This document shows positions 1 to 9,661 of a stretch of DNA of 64,000 bases, piece after piece; the first letter of the stretch is position 1, and each line of letters starts with the position of its first letter. The notes below the pieces were generated by a model. That model saw only the letters and a list, made by a program, of their open reading frames with translations, had not been told where the DNA came from and made no database searches. This DNA is from an uncultured bacterium (lineage in GTDB: Bacteria > Patescibacteriota > Minisyncoccia > Phycocordibacterales > GCA-2401445). The translations under genes and the position numbers were made by a program. The DNA lies in NCBI GenBank assembly GCA_937952265.1, contig CALFYW010000055.1, positions 58,478 to 122,477 on the forward strand, in the 5' to 3' direction.

Positions 1-171
1 ACTGAAACTGGTGGGGTAAACTACTACACCCTGCGCGGCAAGCCATTGTCGACATCTTTCAATTTCATCAGGAGCAGCATGCCGCGACACCCCAGCCGAG
101 CTATCCACTTCTCGAGATCTATCTCGCGGTCGGAGCAGAATTTCAAACTCGATCTCGTTTGACGTCGCCAT
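1..171 (-). CDS. Partial ORF resembling a subtilase/sedolisin prodomain (MATSNEIEFEILLRP...APDEIERCRQWLAAQGVVVYPTSFS)
   Basis: Manually translated; ATG at 171 directly after the S8 stop (TAAGGATG); open to window edge; similar to the N-terminus of the upstream S8 protease. Confidence 0.6.
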   Translation of the reverse strand, partial: MATSNEIEFEILLRPRDRSREVDSSAGVSRHAAPDEIERCRQWLAAQGVVVYPTSFS

Positions 172-173
172 CC

Positions 174-1562
174 TTATAATACTGCCTCAACCGCGCGTAA
201 CGCGTCAACGAGTCCGAATCCGGTGGCGCCGTCTGGGCCTGGCGCCGCATTTCGCCCATGGGCATTGGTCCCGGTCGTAATATCCCGCGCCGTATATTTG
301 AGAAGATTCCGGATTTCGAGGGGCGTCAGGTCGGGATCGATTTCCTTTAACAATGCACAGACTCCGGCAACCATTGGGGAGGCTGCCGAGGTTCCGCTAA
401 AGGCGCCCCATCCGCCGCCTCGTTCCAATACAGCGTTCTGCTCAACGGGAAGAATGATGTAGTCCGCAGTTGGAGGAATACCGCAAAGTCCGCAAATATC
501 AGGGGTCTCACGGCCGGGAAACCACGTGGAAGCAAAACCGCTGGTGTACGGAGTGGCTGCGTATTGTAGTTGATCGTTGACGACAACACCACCGACAGAG
601 AGCACTTCCGGCATACTCCCGGGAAAGCCAAAATGTCCGTTGCCAGCGGAGAAGCAAACGGTGATCCCGCGGCTAACCGCATCCAAAACTGTGAGGTAGA
701 GCGGACGCAACCAGTTTGGCATCCCGGTGCCGGGCAGATCTACACTATACCCCCAACTGCACGTTATGACGCTCGGGCGCAGTTCAATCGCCGTTTTCAT
801 TGCGAGAGTTGGATTTCCCATTTTGAGGCCGATAAAGTTGATTCCTGGCGCTGTGGCCAATAAGTTTGCGCATTCACCGGTTCCATGGCCATGCGGATCT
901 GTTGCATGATCGAGGACGTCCGGGGCGGCAACCGAGAGAAAGTTGTATCCTTGATCAAGAAAGTATGGATGCTCGTAAAAACCGGTATCCGGCATCACCA
1001 CGCGGACCCCCTTTCCCGTGATACCACGACGATGGACGGCACTCGCGTTCATTATCTGCGCCACGTCATTTGGAACTCGAAGGCGGAACTTGTCCGTCCA
1101 ATAGGGTGGAATCGGTCGTTCATTGGCAAACAGTATGGGGTCATGCTGGATATATGCACGATCAATCAACTGATCGAGGCCGTCAACCGACGGCAACGCC
1201 CATGGGTCACTGCTTACCGGTGACTGCATGACATACTCTTTGGAAACTTTCGCCTGCTTCGGAGGACGGTGTTCACTGATTCTCGTTGAAAAGAATGATT
1301 CGAACTTTTTCCCTGGACACGTAGCCGAAATGCTAAACTCACCAACATGATGGACCGTAATCCCGTTGCGCTGCAGTTTTCTCGCGACCTCAACAACTTT
1401 ATCCTTCGGTGGACGATAGTCGTCGAGGTTAACCACTGTTGGAAAAGCATTCTCCGCGAATACCGATTTTTGTCCGGATTCCGGCGTTACGACGACTTCG
1501 AAGTTCACGCTTTCCCGGCGAATTGATGTCGTTGATTTGGATTGCTTGCGTTTTGCGGGCAT
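174..1562 (-). CDS. S8 family subtilisin-like serine protease, no signal peptide
   Basis: Catalytic motifs DTG, HGHGT, GTSAASP; oxyanion SAGN; N-terminal prodomain. Confidence 0.92.
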   Translation of the reverse strand: MPAKRKQSKSTTSIRRESVNFEVVVTPESGQKSVFAENAFPTVVNLDDYRPPKDKVVEVARKLQRNGITVHHVGEFSISATCPGKKFESFFSTRISEHRPPKQAKVSKEYVMQSPVSSDPWALPSVDGLDQLIDRAYIQHDPILFANERPIPPYWTDKFRLRVPNDVAQIMNASAVHRRGITGKGVRVVMPDTGFYEHPYFLDQGYNFLSVAAPDVLDHATDPHGHGTGECANLLATAPGINFIGLKMGNPTLAMKTAIELRPSVITCSWGYSVDLPGTGMPNWLRPLYLTVLDAVSRGITVCFSAGNGHFGFPGSMPEVLSVGGVVVNDQLQYAATPYTSGFASTWFPGRETPDICGLCGIPPTADYIILPVEQNAVLERGGGWGAFSGTSAASPMVAGVCALLKEIDPDLTPLEIRNLLKYTARDITTGTNAHGRNAAPGPDGATGFGLVDALRAVEAVL

Positions 1563-1642
1563 TTTTGTTTCCTCCGATTTTGACTCAACCCCGAAGGGCT
1601 ATACCAATATTGAGTCAGGTTCATGGGTCCATCGATCCGATC

Positions 1643-1831
1643 TCAAATCTCATCCTGTTTCGCCAACTCAAAGACAAGGATCAAATTCCCCTGTGCCTCG
1701 AAGGTCGCGACGAGTTTCCTCGCTTGATTTCGGGATGCCTGAGATACGCAGGCTTGTCGAACTGCTTTCTCCAAGTTTGCGGTTGCAGCGAGGTCCAGCT
1801 TCTCTAAGTGAATGTCTGTTTGAATTGGCAT
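1643..1831 (-). CDS. Small hypothetical protein (62 aa)
   Basis: Co-oriented ORF filling the gap between lipoprotein and S8 genes. Confidence 0.55.
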   Translation of the reverse strand: MPIQTDIHLEKLDLAATANLEKAVRQACVSQASRNQARKLVATFEAQGNLILVFELAKQDEI

Positions 1832-1844
1832 TTTACGAAGTGGT

Positions 1845-2498
1845 TTATGGGATGATTATGATTCCTTGCGTTTTCAACGAGTTAAAGATCTCGTCCAAGT
1901 TTTGCTTGGAGGGTTGCGACGGCTTTCCATCCTGAAAGCTGTCCCAGTTTGGGAATCCGACAGACGTCACTGCCGCTTCGATAGTTGGTCGCATGTCGGG
2001 ATTCTCAATATAGACTTCAGCCAGTTTTGCTTTTCGCTCTCGAATGTCAGCGTCGACTGACTGAATCGATTCAAGTGCCATCAGTGCTTTCACTGATCCT
2101 TCGTCGATCTTTCCGTCTTGGTCCCGCAGGAAGAGACTTGCAGCACCGGGCTGCTCAACCGCGTTCTTCCCAACGGCTAAGCGCTGATAGATTCCGGCGT
2201 CGCTATTGAATATTCCATTGAATCGTATTTCCATTAAGACATCGGGGACGTCGAGCGCGCCAGATCCACTGTCACCCGCATCTTCGGTTGCATCGCGATT
2301 CGTCGGTACCAGGGCGAGCTCCGCCCGGTTATACCCGAGCTTGCCTTGAGGGGATTGATTGGCCGGATTCTGCTGGAGTTCGAGGCCGATGACGGTTCCG
2401 GTAGAGGCTACCACCATCTGACGCTGGTTTGTGCACCCGGATCCAAGTGCGAGTGAGATCAGCAGCATTCCGACCGGATAGAGGTAAAGGGTTTTCAT
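1845..2498 (-). CDS. Putative lipoprotein
   Basis: Start reassigned to MKTLYLYPVGMLLISLALGSGC (signal peptide II-like, lipobox SGC). Confidence 0.7.
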   Translation of the reverse strand: MKTLYLYPVGMLLISLALGSGCTNQRQMVVASTGTVIGLELQQNPANQSPQGKLGYNRAELALVPTNRDATEDAGDSGSGALDVPDVLMEIRFNGIFNSDAGIYQRLAVGKNAVEQPGAASLFLRDQDGKIDEGSVKALMALESIQSVDADIRERKAKLAEVYIENPDMRPTIEAAVTSVGFPNWDSFQDGKPSQPSKQNLDEIFNSLKTQGIIIIP

Positions 2499-2538
2499 GA
2501 TTGAGTCTAATCCTCTGTATCGACTTTCAATTCTTCGA

Positions 2539-2973
2539 CTATTGTTCGTGATTAAGGTTTTCGGGTATTTGCTCGCTTTGGACACTGAGTCTTCCAAATG
2601 GTCGATGTTCAACTGAAACCCGGACATCTGAACTCCGTGAAGGAACTGTCGTTACCAGTGAACTATGATAGCCGACGGATGCTGTCGGCCCCGAATGATC
2701 AGTGTAACTGGCCCCAATCGCATGCTGGTTTGAAACCACTACTGACGAATTGTTCTTGGGCTTTGAGAGGGATACCCAGCCAAATCCAACAATAATGAAA
2801 CGAGCCCGCTCCTCACTGTTTTCCAGGGGAATTGCCACACCGCCACCGTCGGCAATCCGATTCTTGGGCGCCTGACACCCAGAGGATACCATCCACACGG
2901 CGAACAACATGATGGTAAGCAGAACTTCACGGAGGATTCTGCCACCGCCCTCGAGCCACGAGGCACTTTCCAT
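2539..2973 (-). CDS. Putative lipoprotein
   Basis: Hydrophobic stretch ending VSSGC; beta-rich mature region; start uncertain. Confidence 0.6.
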   Translation of the reverse strand: MESASWLEGGGRILREVLLTIMLFAVWMVSSGCQAPKNRIADGGGVAIPLENSEERARFIIVGFGWVSLSKPKNNSSVVVSNQHAIGASYTDHSGPTASVGYHSSLVTTVPSRSSDVRVSVEHRPFGRLSVQSEQIPENLNHEQ

Positions 2974-3406
2974 TTGTGTTACCGATGGTGAGTGGTAGTG
3001 GATTTTCACGGGCCCGGCGGTTGTTCCGTATCGATATACGTCAAATCCCGTAGAATCCTTTCAAACAAAGGATGCGATGGCCCGGATTCAATAACGCACC
3101 GACCTCCGTGTAGCTTCGGTTCCCAGAAGAATGGGACGATTTCTTAAATCCTCTGAAAGAAACTCCTATTTTGACACGTATATCTGTTCTGACGGCGTCC
3201 TCTCAACACGGCCCATGAGCGCTGTCGGGGCTGTGCTAAGAAGTGGGTGGCGGGAAAACTTTGTCGAGACCGGTTGAAAGCCTTGGACGCGTTCCTCCCG
3301 GATAGGCGCCTCGTTTCGATCAGAATCCCGGGATACGCATGGTTCAACAGATTCCAATAGAAATATTTGAGCACGTGGTCATAACCAGAACAGGACGGAG
3401 GATCAA

Positions 3407-5386
3407 ATGGCAGCAAAACCTTTAAAGTTTGGGAATTCACCGCGGACATTCGATGCTCGTCCGGATACCATTGATTTCCGCGATCGGATGTTTGTCCCGA
3501 CACTCGTTGCAGTTCCGCAAGCAATCGCGCTTGCGGCCTACAAAGAAGTAAAGTGCCCAGTTCTAAATCAGGGAACAGAGGGAGCGTGCACGGGCTTCGG
3601 GCTCGCCGCTGTCGTGAATTTTCTCCTCCGTCGCCGGAATCCTGCCGACACAACCGAGGTGAGTCAGAGAATGCTTTACGAAATGGCCAAGCGCTATGAT
3701 GAGTGGGAGGGTGAGGATTACAGTGGGTCGTCAGCGCGTGGCGCCATGAAAGGCTGGCACAAACACGGTGTATGCACGAGTGACCGCTGGCCCTATTCAC
3801 CCGGTCGGAATGACAGCGGATTGACACGGGAACGAAGCCTGGATGCCATAGACCGGCCGCTCGGCGCGTATTTCCGCGTAAACCATCGCGACATCGTCGC
3901 AATGCACGCCGCATTGACCGAGGTGGAGATTCTTTACGCAACGTCAATTGTCCACGAAGGCTGGAGTCGCGTCGCCGGGAACGGGGATATTCCGTTCGAT
4001 CCGAGATCCACGGGAGGCCATGCGTTTGCAATTGTGGCATTTGATCGTCAGGGATTCTGGATTCAGAACTCCTGGGGGGAGGGATGGGGATTGGATGGTT
4101 TCGCACGGATCAGCTACGATGATTGGTTGCAGAATGCAACCGACGTTTGGGTTGCGCGGCTCGGCGCACCAATCGAGCTGGACTCAGCGCGCTCAGTGTC
4201 GATCGGAACAAATGTCCACTCGGGAAACCCAGAAGCGTATACGGCATATGAACTGCGACCGCACATCGTTGCGATCGGAAATGATGGAAAGTTGCGGTCG
4301 CATGGAGCCTACGGAACCGACGAGAACGCCGTGAACGAGCTGTTTGGGCGCTCACTTCCCGAGATTACCGCAGCCTGGAAGAAGAAGCGAATCTTGCTTT
4401 ACGCGCATGGCGGCCTTGTCTCCGAGAAGTCTGCCCTGCAGACCCTCTCCGAGAATCGCGAAGCACTTCTCGAGAATGAGGTTTACCCCATATCCTTCAT
4501 TTGGAAGTCGGACTTTTGGACGACGCTCAAGAATATTCTGAACGACTCCTTGCGTCGTCGAAAGCCCGAGGGGTTACTTGACGCGACCAAGGATTTTCTG
4601 TTGGACCGATTAGACGACGCGCTCGAGCCAATTGCACGGCTTACGACGGGTAAGATGCAATGGGATGAGATGAAGGAAAACGCACTCGCCGCTACCGAGT
4701 CGGCCAACGGTGGTGCATCGATCCTGCTCAAACGATTGGAAACGCTTTTGAAAGCGGATCCAACGTGGGAGATTCACCTTGTTGGCCATAGCGCAGGATC
4801 GATCTTCCTTGCCCCAATCGTTCAATTGATCACCGGATCGGGAAGAATTGCGGCCGGTCTTTTGAAAAACCGTTCCGGGTTAGGCCGCAGCATCCAGAGT
4901 CTCAGTCTCTGGGCTCCGGCATGTACGATTGAGCTTTTCAACGCATATTATTCAAAACCACTCAAGGAACAGAAGATCCGCGACTTTGCGTTGTATACCC
5001 TAACGGATCGGGCAGAGCAGGACGATCACTGTGCGAGGATATATAACAAGTCGCTGCTGTATCTGGTGTCGAATGCGTTTGAAGATAAACCGAGGATCCC
5101 ATTGTTTCGCGATGGAATTCCCATACTCGGTATGGAGAAGTTCGTAAGTCAAGATGCTCGATTACAGCAATTGCTCAAACTGAAGCACTGTCGAATGATT
5201 CTCTCACCTGACGGGAGTGCAGCGAATGCAACCTCGCACGGGGGATTTGATGATGACCGAGCCACCAAGGAGTCAACGTTTGCGAGAATCCAGGGAAAAC
5301 GCAGTGTATCACTCGGTGGAATCGCGCATCTCGGAACGGCGAGTGTTCGCGAGCGGAGGCGGCGACTGAACGATGGAACGATTTAG
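3407..5386 (+). CDS. Papain-like C1 cysteine peptidase fused to alpha/beta hydrolase
   Basis: QGTEGACTGF, GGHAFAIV, QNSWG; C-terminal HGG oxyanion and GHSAG nucleophile elbow; GGAGG RBS at 3397. Confidence 0.88.
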   Translation: MAAKPLKFGNSPRTFDARPDTIDFRDRMFVPTLVAVPQAIALAAYKEVKCPVLNQGTEGACTGFGLAAVVNFLLRRRNPADTTEVSQRMLYEMAKRYDEWEGEDYSGSSARGAMKGWHKHGVCTSDRWPYSPGRNDSGLTRERSLDAIDRPLGAYFRVNHRDIVAMHAALTEVEILYATSIVHEGWSRVAGNGDIPFDPRSTGGHAFAIVAFDRQGFWIQNSWGEGWGLDGFARISYDDWLQNATDVWVARLGAPIELDSARSVSIGTNVHSGNPEAYTAYELRPHIVAIGNDGKLRSHGAYGTDENAVNELFGRSLPEITAAWKKKRILLYAHGGLVSEKSALQTLSENREALLENEVYPISFIWKSDFWTTLKNILNDSLRRRKPEGLLDATKDFLLDRLDDALEPIARLTTGKMQWDEMKENALAATESANGGASILLKRLETLLKADPTWEIHLVGHSAGSIFLAPIVQLITGSGRIAAGLLKNRSGLGRSIQSLSLWAPACTIELFNAYYSKPLKEQKIRDFALYTLTDRAEQDDHCARIYNKSLLYLVSNAFEDKPRIPLFRDGIPILGMEKFVSQDARLQQLLKLKHCRMILSPDGSAANATSHGGFDDDRATKESTFARIQGKRSVSLGGIAHLGTASVRERRRRLNDGTI

Positions 5387-5961
5387 ACTGCCACACATGT
5401 TCGTTCCGATTACGGCGGTTGAACTCTCGCGAAGCGTTTTCACCAGTCCCTGGCTAAGGCGGTTCTTCGGTTCTGCAAAATGCTCACCCGGATGGGACTC
5501 GGAAGGCCTTGCTACTCTGCGTACCGACTGGCTGCATCAACGGCCAGCTGCCAGGCGGTGGTGCTGGACGGAAAGATGGTCCGCGACCACATCGGTTTGC
5601 TCATTCTGGCCTAGCGGCGGCGCTTCTGGGAAAGCTACTTGCGCTGCACGGCAACTAATCATGGCCGACACCCGCTGAGCGAGCCGCATTGCTCTGGCAG
5701 CCTCGCACGATTCAAACTCATTTTGGTTATGGTTCCCGCCAGCCGTCGGAGAGGGGCGGTGGAGCGGGTTGTCGCGGTATCGGCCGATTCTCCTCAGGGG
5801 GTGGATTAAGGGAAATAGGGATATTGTCCGATGGTCATTCAGGGTTGTTAATGATAGATCTTTAAGTTTGATTCACGTGCGCGAATCAATCATCCTCCGA
5901 CCTTGGGCTCAGCGTAACGAAAGGTTTTCTTGGTCAGCATGAAAATTTTACAAAACGGCTA

Positions 5962-5990
5962 TTGACGCGGGTTGAGTTTTCGGATATGAC
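5962..5990 (+). promoter_or_regulatory. Putative sigma70 promoter upstream of HTH/ImmA pair
   Basis: TTGACG-17 nt-TATGAC. Confidence 0.4.
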
Positions 5991-6253
5991 AAATTGGAGG
6001 AGACTGCTATGAAAAATCGTGTCTTTTGAGCACGTTTTGTTGCTTGGCTCCGAAGGGCTTTCCTTCGAAGCCGAGTTGCATTACGGAAACCTTCGATCCA
6101 TATGCCCCTACTTGCCCGACCTGCTCTTCAGGAACAGATCCGGTATTGCTCCCCCCCTATACCACGCCGCCAACGCTAGAATTCTTTGCTGAGTCTGATA
6201 TGATAGGATATGGAAGCTGTTGAAAATGAAAAACTTAAATATGGAGCACGAAA

Positions 6254-6730
6254 ATGATGACCAAATCGAAGCTATATGTTGATGAGTATTTCGGCGGTAA
6301 AGAGAGTGTTCGCAATCGACTCTCCGACGCAATCCGCCAAGCACGGAAGCGCGAAGGATTCACGCAAGCTGCTCTCGATGAACTCTGTGGATTCGGTGAG
6401 GCCGAAAAAACGATTCAGATAGGGGATAAGCAATTCTCGTCGAAGGCTCGTGCACGCCTCAGTGATACAAAAGCTATCGAAGATAATCCGAACTTATTGA
6501 GAAGCCAGCACGTTAGTTTGGCAACGGCAGCTTTGGGTCTTAGGCTAACCGAAGTTTTACCATTGACTCTTTCCGGAGAACAAAGACGGACTGTTGCCCA
6601 AGAGATGCGTACAGGAAAGGGTGCCGGCGTGTTATATGGTTCAAGTGGACCTGACCCCGATGACATTCCTTTGGAATCTCAAGCGGAGCTTCATGTTCTC
6701 TTACGAGTGCTTTCGGAGATTGACGACTGA
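6254..6730 (+). CDS. XRE-family HTH transcriptional regulator
   Basis: IRQARKREGFTQAALDELCG XRE-type N-terminal helices. Confidence 0.65.
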   Translation: MMTKSKLYVDEYFGGKESVRNRLSDAIRQARKREGFTQAALDELCGFGEAEKTIQIGDKQFSSKARARLSDTKAIEDNPNLLRSQHVSLATAALGLRLTEVLPLTLSGEQRRTVAQEMRTGKGAGVLYGSSGPDPDDIPLESQAELHVLLRVLSEIDD

Positions 6731-6778
6731 GCAAAATCTGAGTTGACCCAGCGTCGACCAATTGAATAACATCGTTAG

Positions 6779-7351
6779 ATGTTACCACACCTCGACGACT
6801 ACCACTCATGTGCCAAGGAAGCCTGCGTTTACGCGCAGGCTTTTATTTCGAGCAGCTATTATACGAATAGTAAATTTGCCGAATTCGTAGAATGTGGTCC
6901 CGGCAGTCCGCATTTGCGCTATTGGCTACTTTCGATAATCAATTTTATTACAGACGTTACAGGAATAAGGATTCTCTTTGGCCCTTTACCGGTGCGCGGC
7001 TATGGCTCCTGGTTGTGTTTATCTGACGGTGATGATTATGCCGTTGTTGTCGACGAGTCACAATTGAATATCTGGGCGCAAGAATCTGGGATGCCGGCAA
7101 AGATCCAAGCAATTCGTTCAATCGTCCATGAATTAGGACATTTTATCTTGTCCCAAAAGCTTCCAGCTCGATCCGGTTCAACGTCAGATCCTGGAAGGAT
7201 TGGAGTTCCCATAAGATCGGTCCGTCCCATTGAAGAGGAAAAGGCTTGGATATTCGCATTCGTCTTCTTTGCAGTAATAAATGGTCACTATGCGCGAAGT
7301 TCGCGCGAGCTGCCCCGGAATCGCGATGACGGTTGCAAAGTATTTGTTTAA
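6779..7351 (+). CDS. ImmA/IrrE-family metallopeptidase
   Basis: HELGH (HExxH) plus downstream EEEKA; adjacent to XRE HTH. Confidence 0.7.
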   Translation: MLPHLDDYHSCAKEACVYAQAFISSSYYTNSKFAEFVECGPGSPHLRYWLLSIINFITDVTGIRILFGPLPVRGYGSWLCLSDGDDYAVVVDESQLNIWAQESGMPAKIQAIRSIVHELGHFILSQKLPARSGSTSDPGRIGVPIRSVRPIEEEKAWIFAFVFFAVINGHYARSSRELPRNRDDGCKVFV

Positions 7352-7452
7352 TCTGGAGGAAGCCAGCAAGTGCGGCCTTGGCCGGCAGGCGCATGACATA
7401 TTTCGGATATCTCTTTTTCGCGCGGTGTGTCTGGAAGCAGCACTGTCGGGAT

Positions 7453-8646
7453 TCAGTCAATCGGCTCATTGGGCGAAAGACTCCGTGCGCTGAAGGGAAG
7501 TGTCATCGCGCCGTCGATCAAGAGTTTGATGACCACCTCATAGTTTGGCAAATTGACAATATCCCGGATCACAAAACGCGACAGAAACTCCCGTTCAAGA
7601 ACCTCCGCGTCCGCGCTTCCAACACGAAAGCAAATTAGGGTTCCGACGTTTCCGAGAATGGCGTCCCTTATCGAGAGTTCAAGTTGCGAAAGGAATTGGT
7701 GAGCGAGAATGAGGTTCAAGCGGTATTTCCGCAACTCGGATAGAAGGGTCACCAAGCTTGGTGTGGTGAAGTTGTGGAATTCATCGAGATAGAGGTAGAA
7801 ATCTCGGCGACCCCACTCGGGTTTGTTTGAACGTGATAGTGCCGCCAAACCGAGGCTTGAGACCAGAAGCGCACCAAGGAGGGTCGAAGCATCCTCGCCA
7901 ATCTTCCCCTTGGCGACGTTGACCAGGAGGATCTTTCCCGTATCCATGGCGGTTCGCGGGTTGAATCCACTGCGAACTTGAGTAAGGATCCGGTTTACGA
8001 AAGGGTTGCCGAGGAACGCCCCCACCTTGTTCTGGACCGGTGCGATGGCCTCGGCCCGCAAGCGGGGCGGGTACCCTTCAAACTCACGGAGCCAAAATTG
8101 CCGGACCGGCTCGTTTCGGGAGCTCCGTGCCACGGCAATCCGGAATTCCTTGTCAGTGAGAAGCCGCAGGATATCCGCCATGGTTGCGTCCGGGTAGTCG
8201 AGGAGTGCATGGAACGAGTTGCGGAGGATGTGCTCCAGGCGCGGTCCCCAGGAATCAATCCAAAGCTTGTTGAATATCTCAAGAATTCCGGATGCAGCCA
8301 GGGCGCGTTGTTCCTGCGGGATTGACGCAAGGGGATTGAAGCCGAGCGGCTGCGGCGAACTAGCGTCGAAGTAGATGAGGTCGCCGGCGCGATCCTTCGG
8401 GATTTCCCGCAGGATTTCTTCGGTCAGATCGCCATGAGGATCGACGAGCGCAAGGCCCTCGCCGCCTTTAAGGTCCTGCCGGATGAATGTTTTGAGTAAC
8501 GTCGACTTTCCAGTTCCGGTCTTGCCAATGACGTAGCAGTGACTGCGGCGGTCACCTCGCCGGATGCCGACCAGGCGCCCACGATTCCGGAAGGTTGTCC
8601 GGGCAAAATATGTGACGTCATTGTCGCGCTTCTTCCACGGCAGCAT
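7453..8646 (-). CDS. VirD4/TrwB/HerA-like ATPase (T4SS coupling-protein-like, no TM anchor)
   Basis: Walker A GKTGTGKS, DPHGD, GFNPL, Walker B YLDEFHNF, ELRKY, AHQ motifs; start reassigned to MLPWKK. Confidence 0.85.
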   Translation of the reverse strand: MLPWKKRDNDVTYFARTTFRNRGRLVGIRRGDRRSHCYVIGKTGTGKSTLLKTFIRQDLKGGEGLALVDPHGDLTEEILREIPKDRAGDLIYFDASSPQPLGFNPLASIPQEQRALAASGILEIFNKLWIDSWGPRLEHILRNSFHALLDYPDATMADILRLLTDKEFRIAVARSSRNEPVRQFWLREFEGYPPRLRAEAIAPVQNKVGAFLGNPFVNRILTQVRSGFNPRTAMDTGKILLVNVAKGKIGEDASTLLGALLVSSLGLAALSRSNKPEWGRRDFYLYLDEFHNFTTPSLVTLLSELRKYRLNLILAHQFLSQLELSIRDAILGNVGTLICFRVGSADAEVLEREFLSRFVIRDIVNLPNYEVVIKLLIDGAMTLPFSARSLSPNEPID

Positions 8647-8812
8647 TGATCCACGGTGACGGTTGTTTGCCGCCAGGCCAAGGGTGTCCGTGCTGCCGGC
8701 GATGACACGTGGCGCTCCCTTGTACTGAATCACCCCACTCTTACACTGGAGCGTGGAATAGGGCATCGCAGACGCGCTGCCACGGAAAACAACGTGATCC
8801 CTTACAAGCACC

Positions 8813-9661
8813 ATGAAAGCTGAAGAACTCATGCAACGACAAGCACGAGCGGCGGAGGAGCCGTTCGTCATCACGAAGACCGAGCACGGATACCGTGTCT
8901 GCTCGCCTCGCTCGCCGGGAAACCAATACCTTGTCACTGATACGGGCGACGAGGTCACCTGCACGTGTCCGGACTTTGAACGGAATGCGGCGGATCCGGA
9001 ATGGCGCTGCAAGCACATGATTGCGGTTGCGGCGCAGACCACGGGAGCGAAGGCGGAACAAGCGGGCGACGCATCGACGGCGCATGTGGCCGCCAACACC
9101 GGTCGCGAACCGCATCGCGGGAACGGGAACTCCACGGAATCACCCGCTCTCTCTCGAATCCTTATTAAACGAAGCGTGAGCCCGGATGGGCACATTGATT
9201 CCTTGTCGGTTGAATTCTCCGCGCCACTTAGAAGCCCTGCGGCAGAAGGGATTCGGGAAGAAGCCAAATCGATCCTTCGGATCCAATCTGACATCATCGC
9301 GGATTTCCTTGCCGCGAATCGACCTCGCCGGAGCGAGGAACGAGTGAACGGCGGAGGAGTGGGGCCCGTGGAAGCACGGCTCCTTAGCATTTCCGGAATG
9401 GAAGGCCGCTACGGTCGCCGCCTGTTTCTCAATGTGCTGGTGAACGGGCGCATTGCCAAGCTCTTCGGAAGCCACAAGCAACTCGCTGACGCCCTCGATA
9501 ACGCGGGCTTCGGCGAATTCGGGCAGCAGATTGCTGAAGGCGTTGAGCTCAACCTCCCCTGTCGTGTGGTCACCAAACCGACGCCGGATGGTCGATTCCT
9601 CAATGTCGAGAAGGTGTTGCCACCGAGTAACGGGTCTGGCACTTCCGGAGGTTCGCAATGA
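8813..9661 (+). CDS. SWIM zinc-finger protein with possible C-terminal OB-fold/SSB-like domain
   Basis: CTCPDF...CKH SWIM motif; C-terminal LPCRVVTK...GRFLNVEKVLP. Confidence 0.75.
   Translation: MKAEELMQRQARAAEEPFVITKTEHGYRVCSPRSPGNQYLVTDTGDEVTCTCPDFERNAADPEWRCKHMIAVAAQTTGAKAEQAGDASTAHVAANTGREPHRGNGNSTESPALSRILIKRSVSPDGHIDSLSVEFSAPLRSPAAEGIREEAKSILRIQSDIIADFLAANRPRRSEERVNGGGVGPVEARLLSISGMEGRYGRRLFLNVLVNGRIAKLFGSHKQLADALDNAGFGEFGQQIAEGVELNLPCRVVTKPTPDGRFLNVEKVLPPSNGSGTSGGSQ

Noticed and set aside
5996-6029. GGAGG + MKNRVF* mini-ORF as a recoded or frameshifted gene
   Set aside because: Read-through and alternative frames give no recognisable protein
8647-9390. Long N-terminal extension of the VirD4-like ORF (645 aa call)
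   Set aside because: Antisense shadow of the SWIM gene; recognisable protein begins at MLPWKK (8646)
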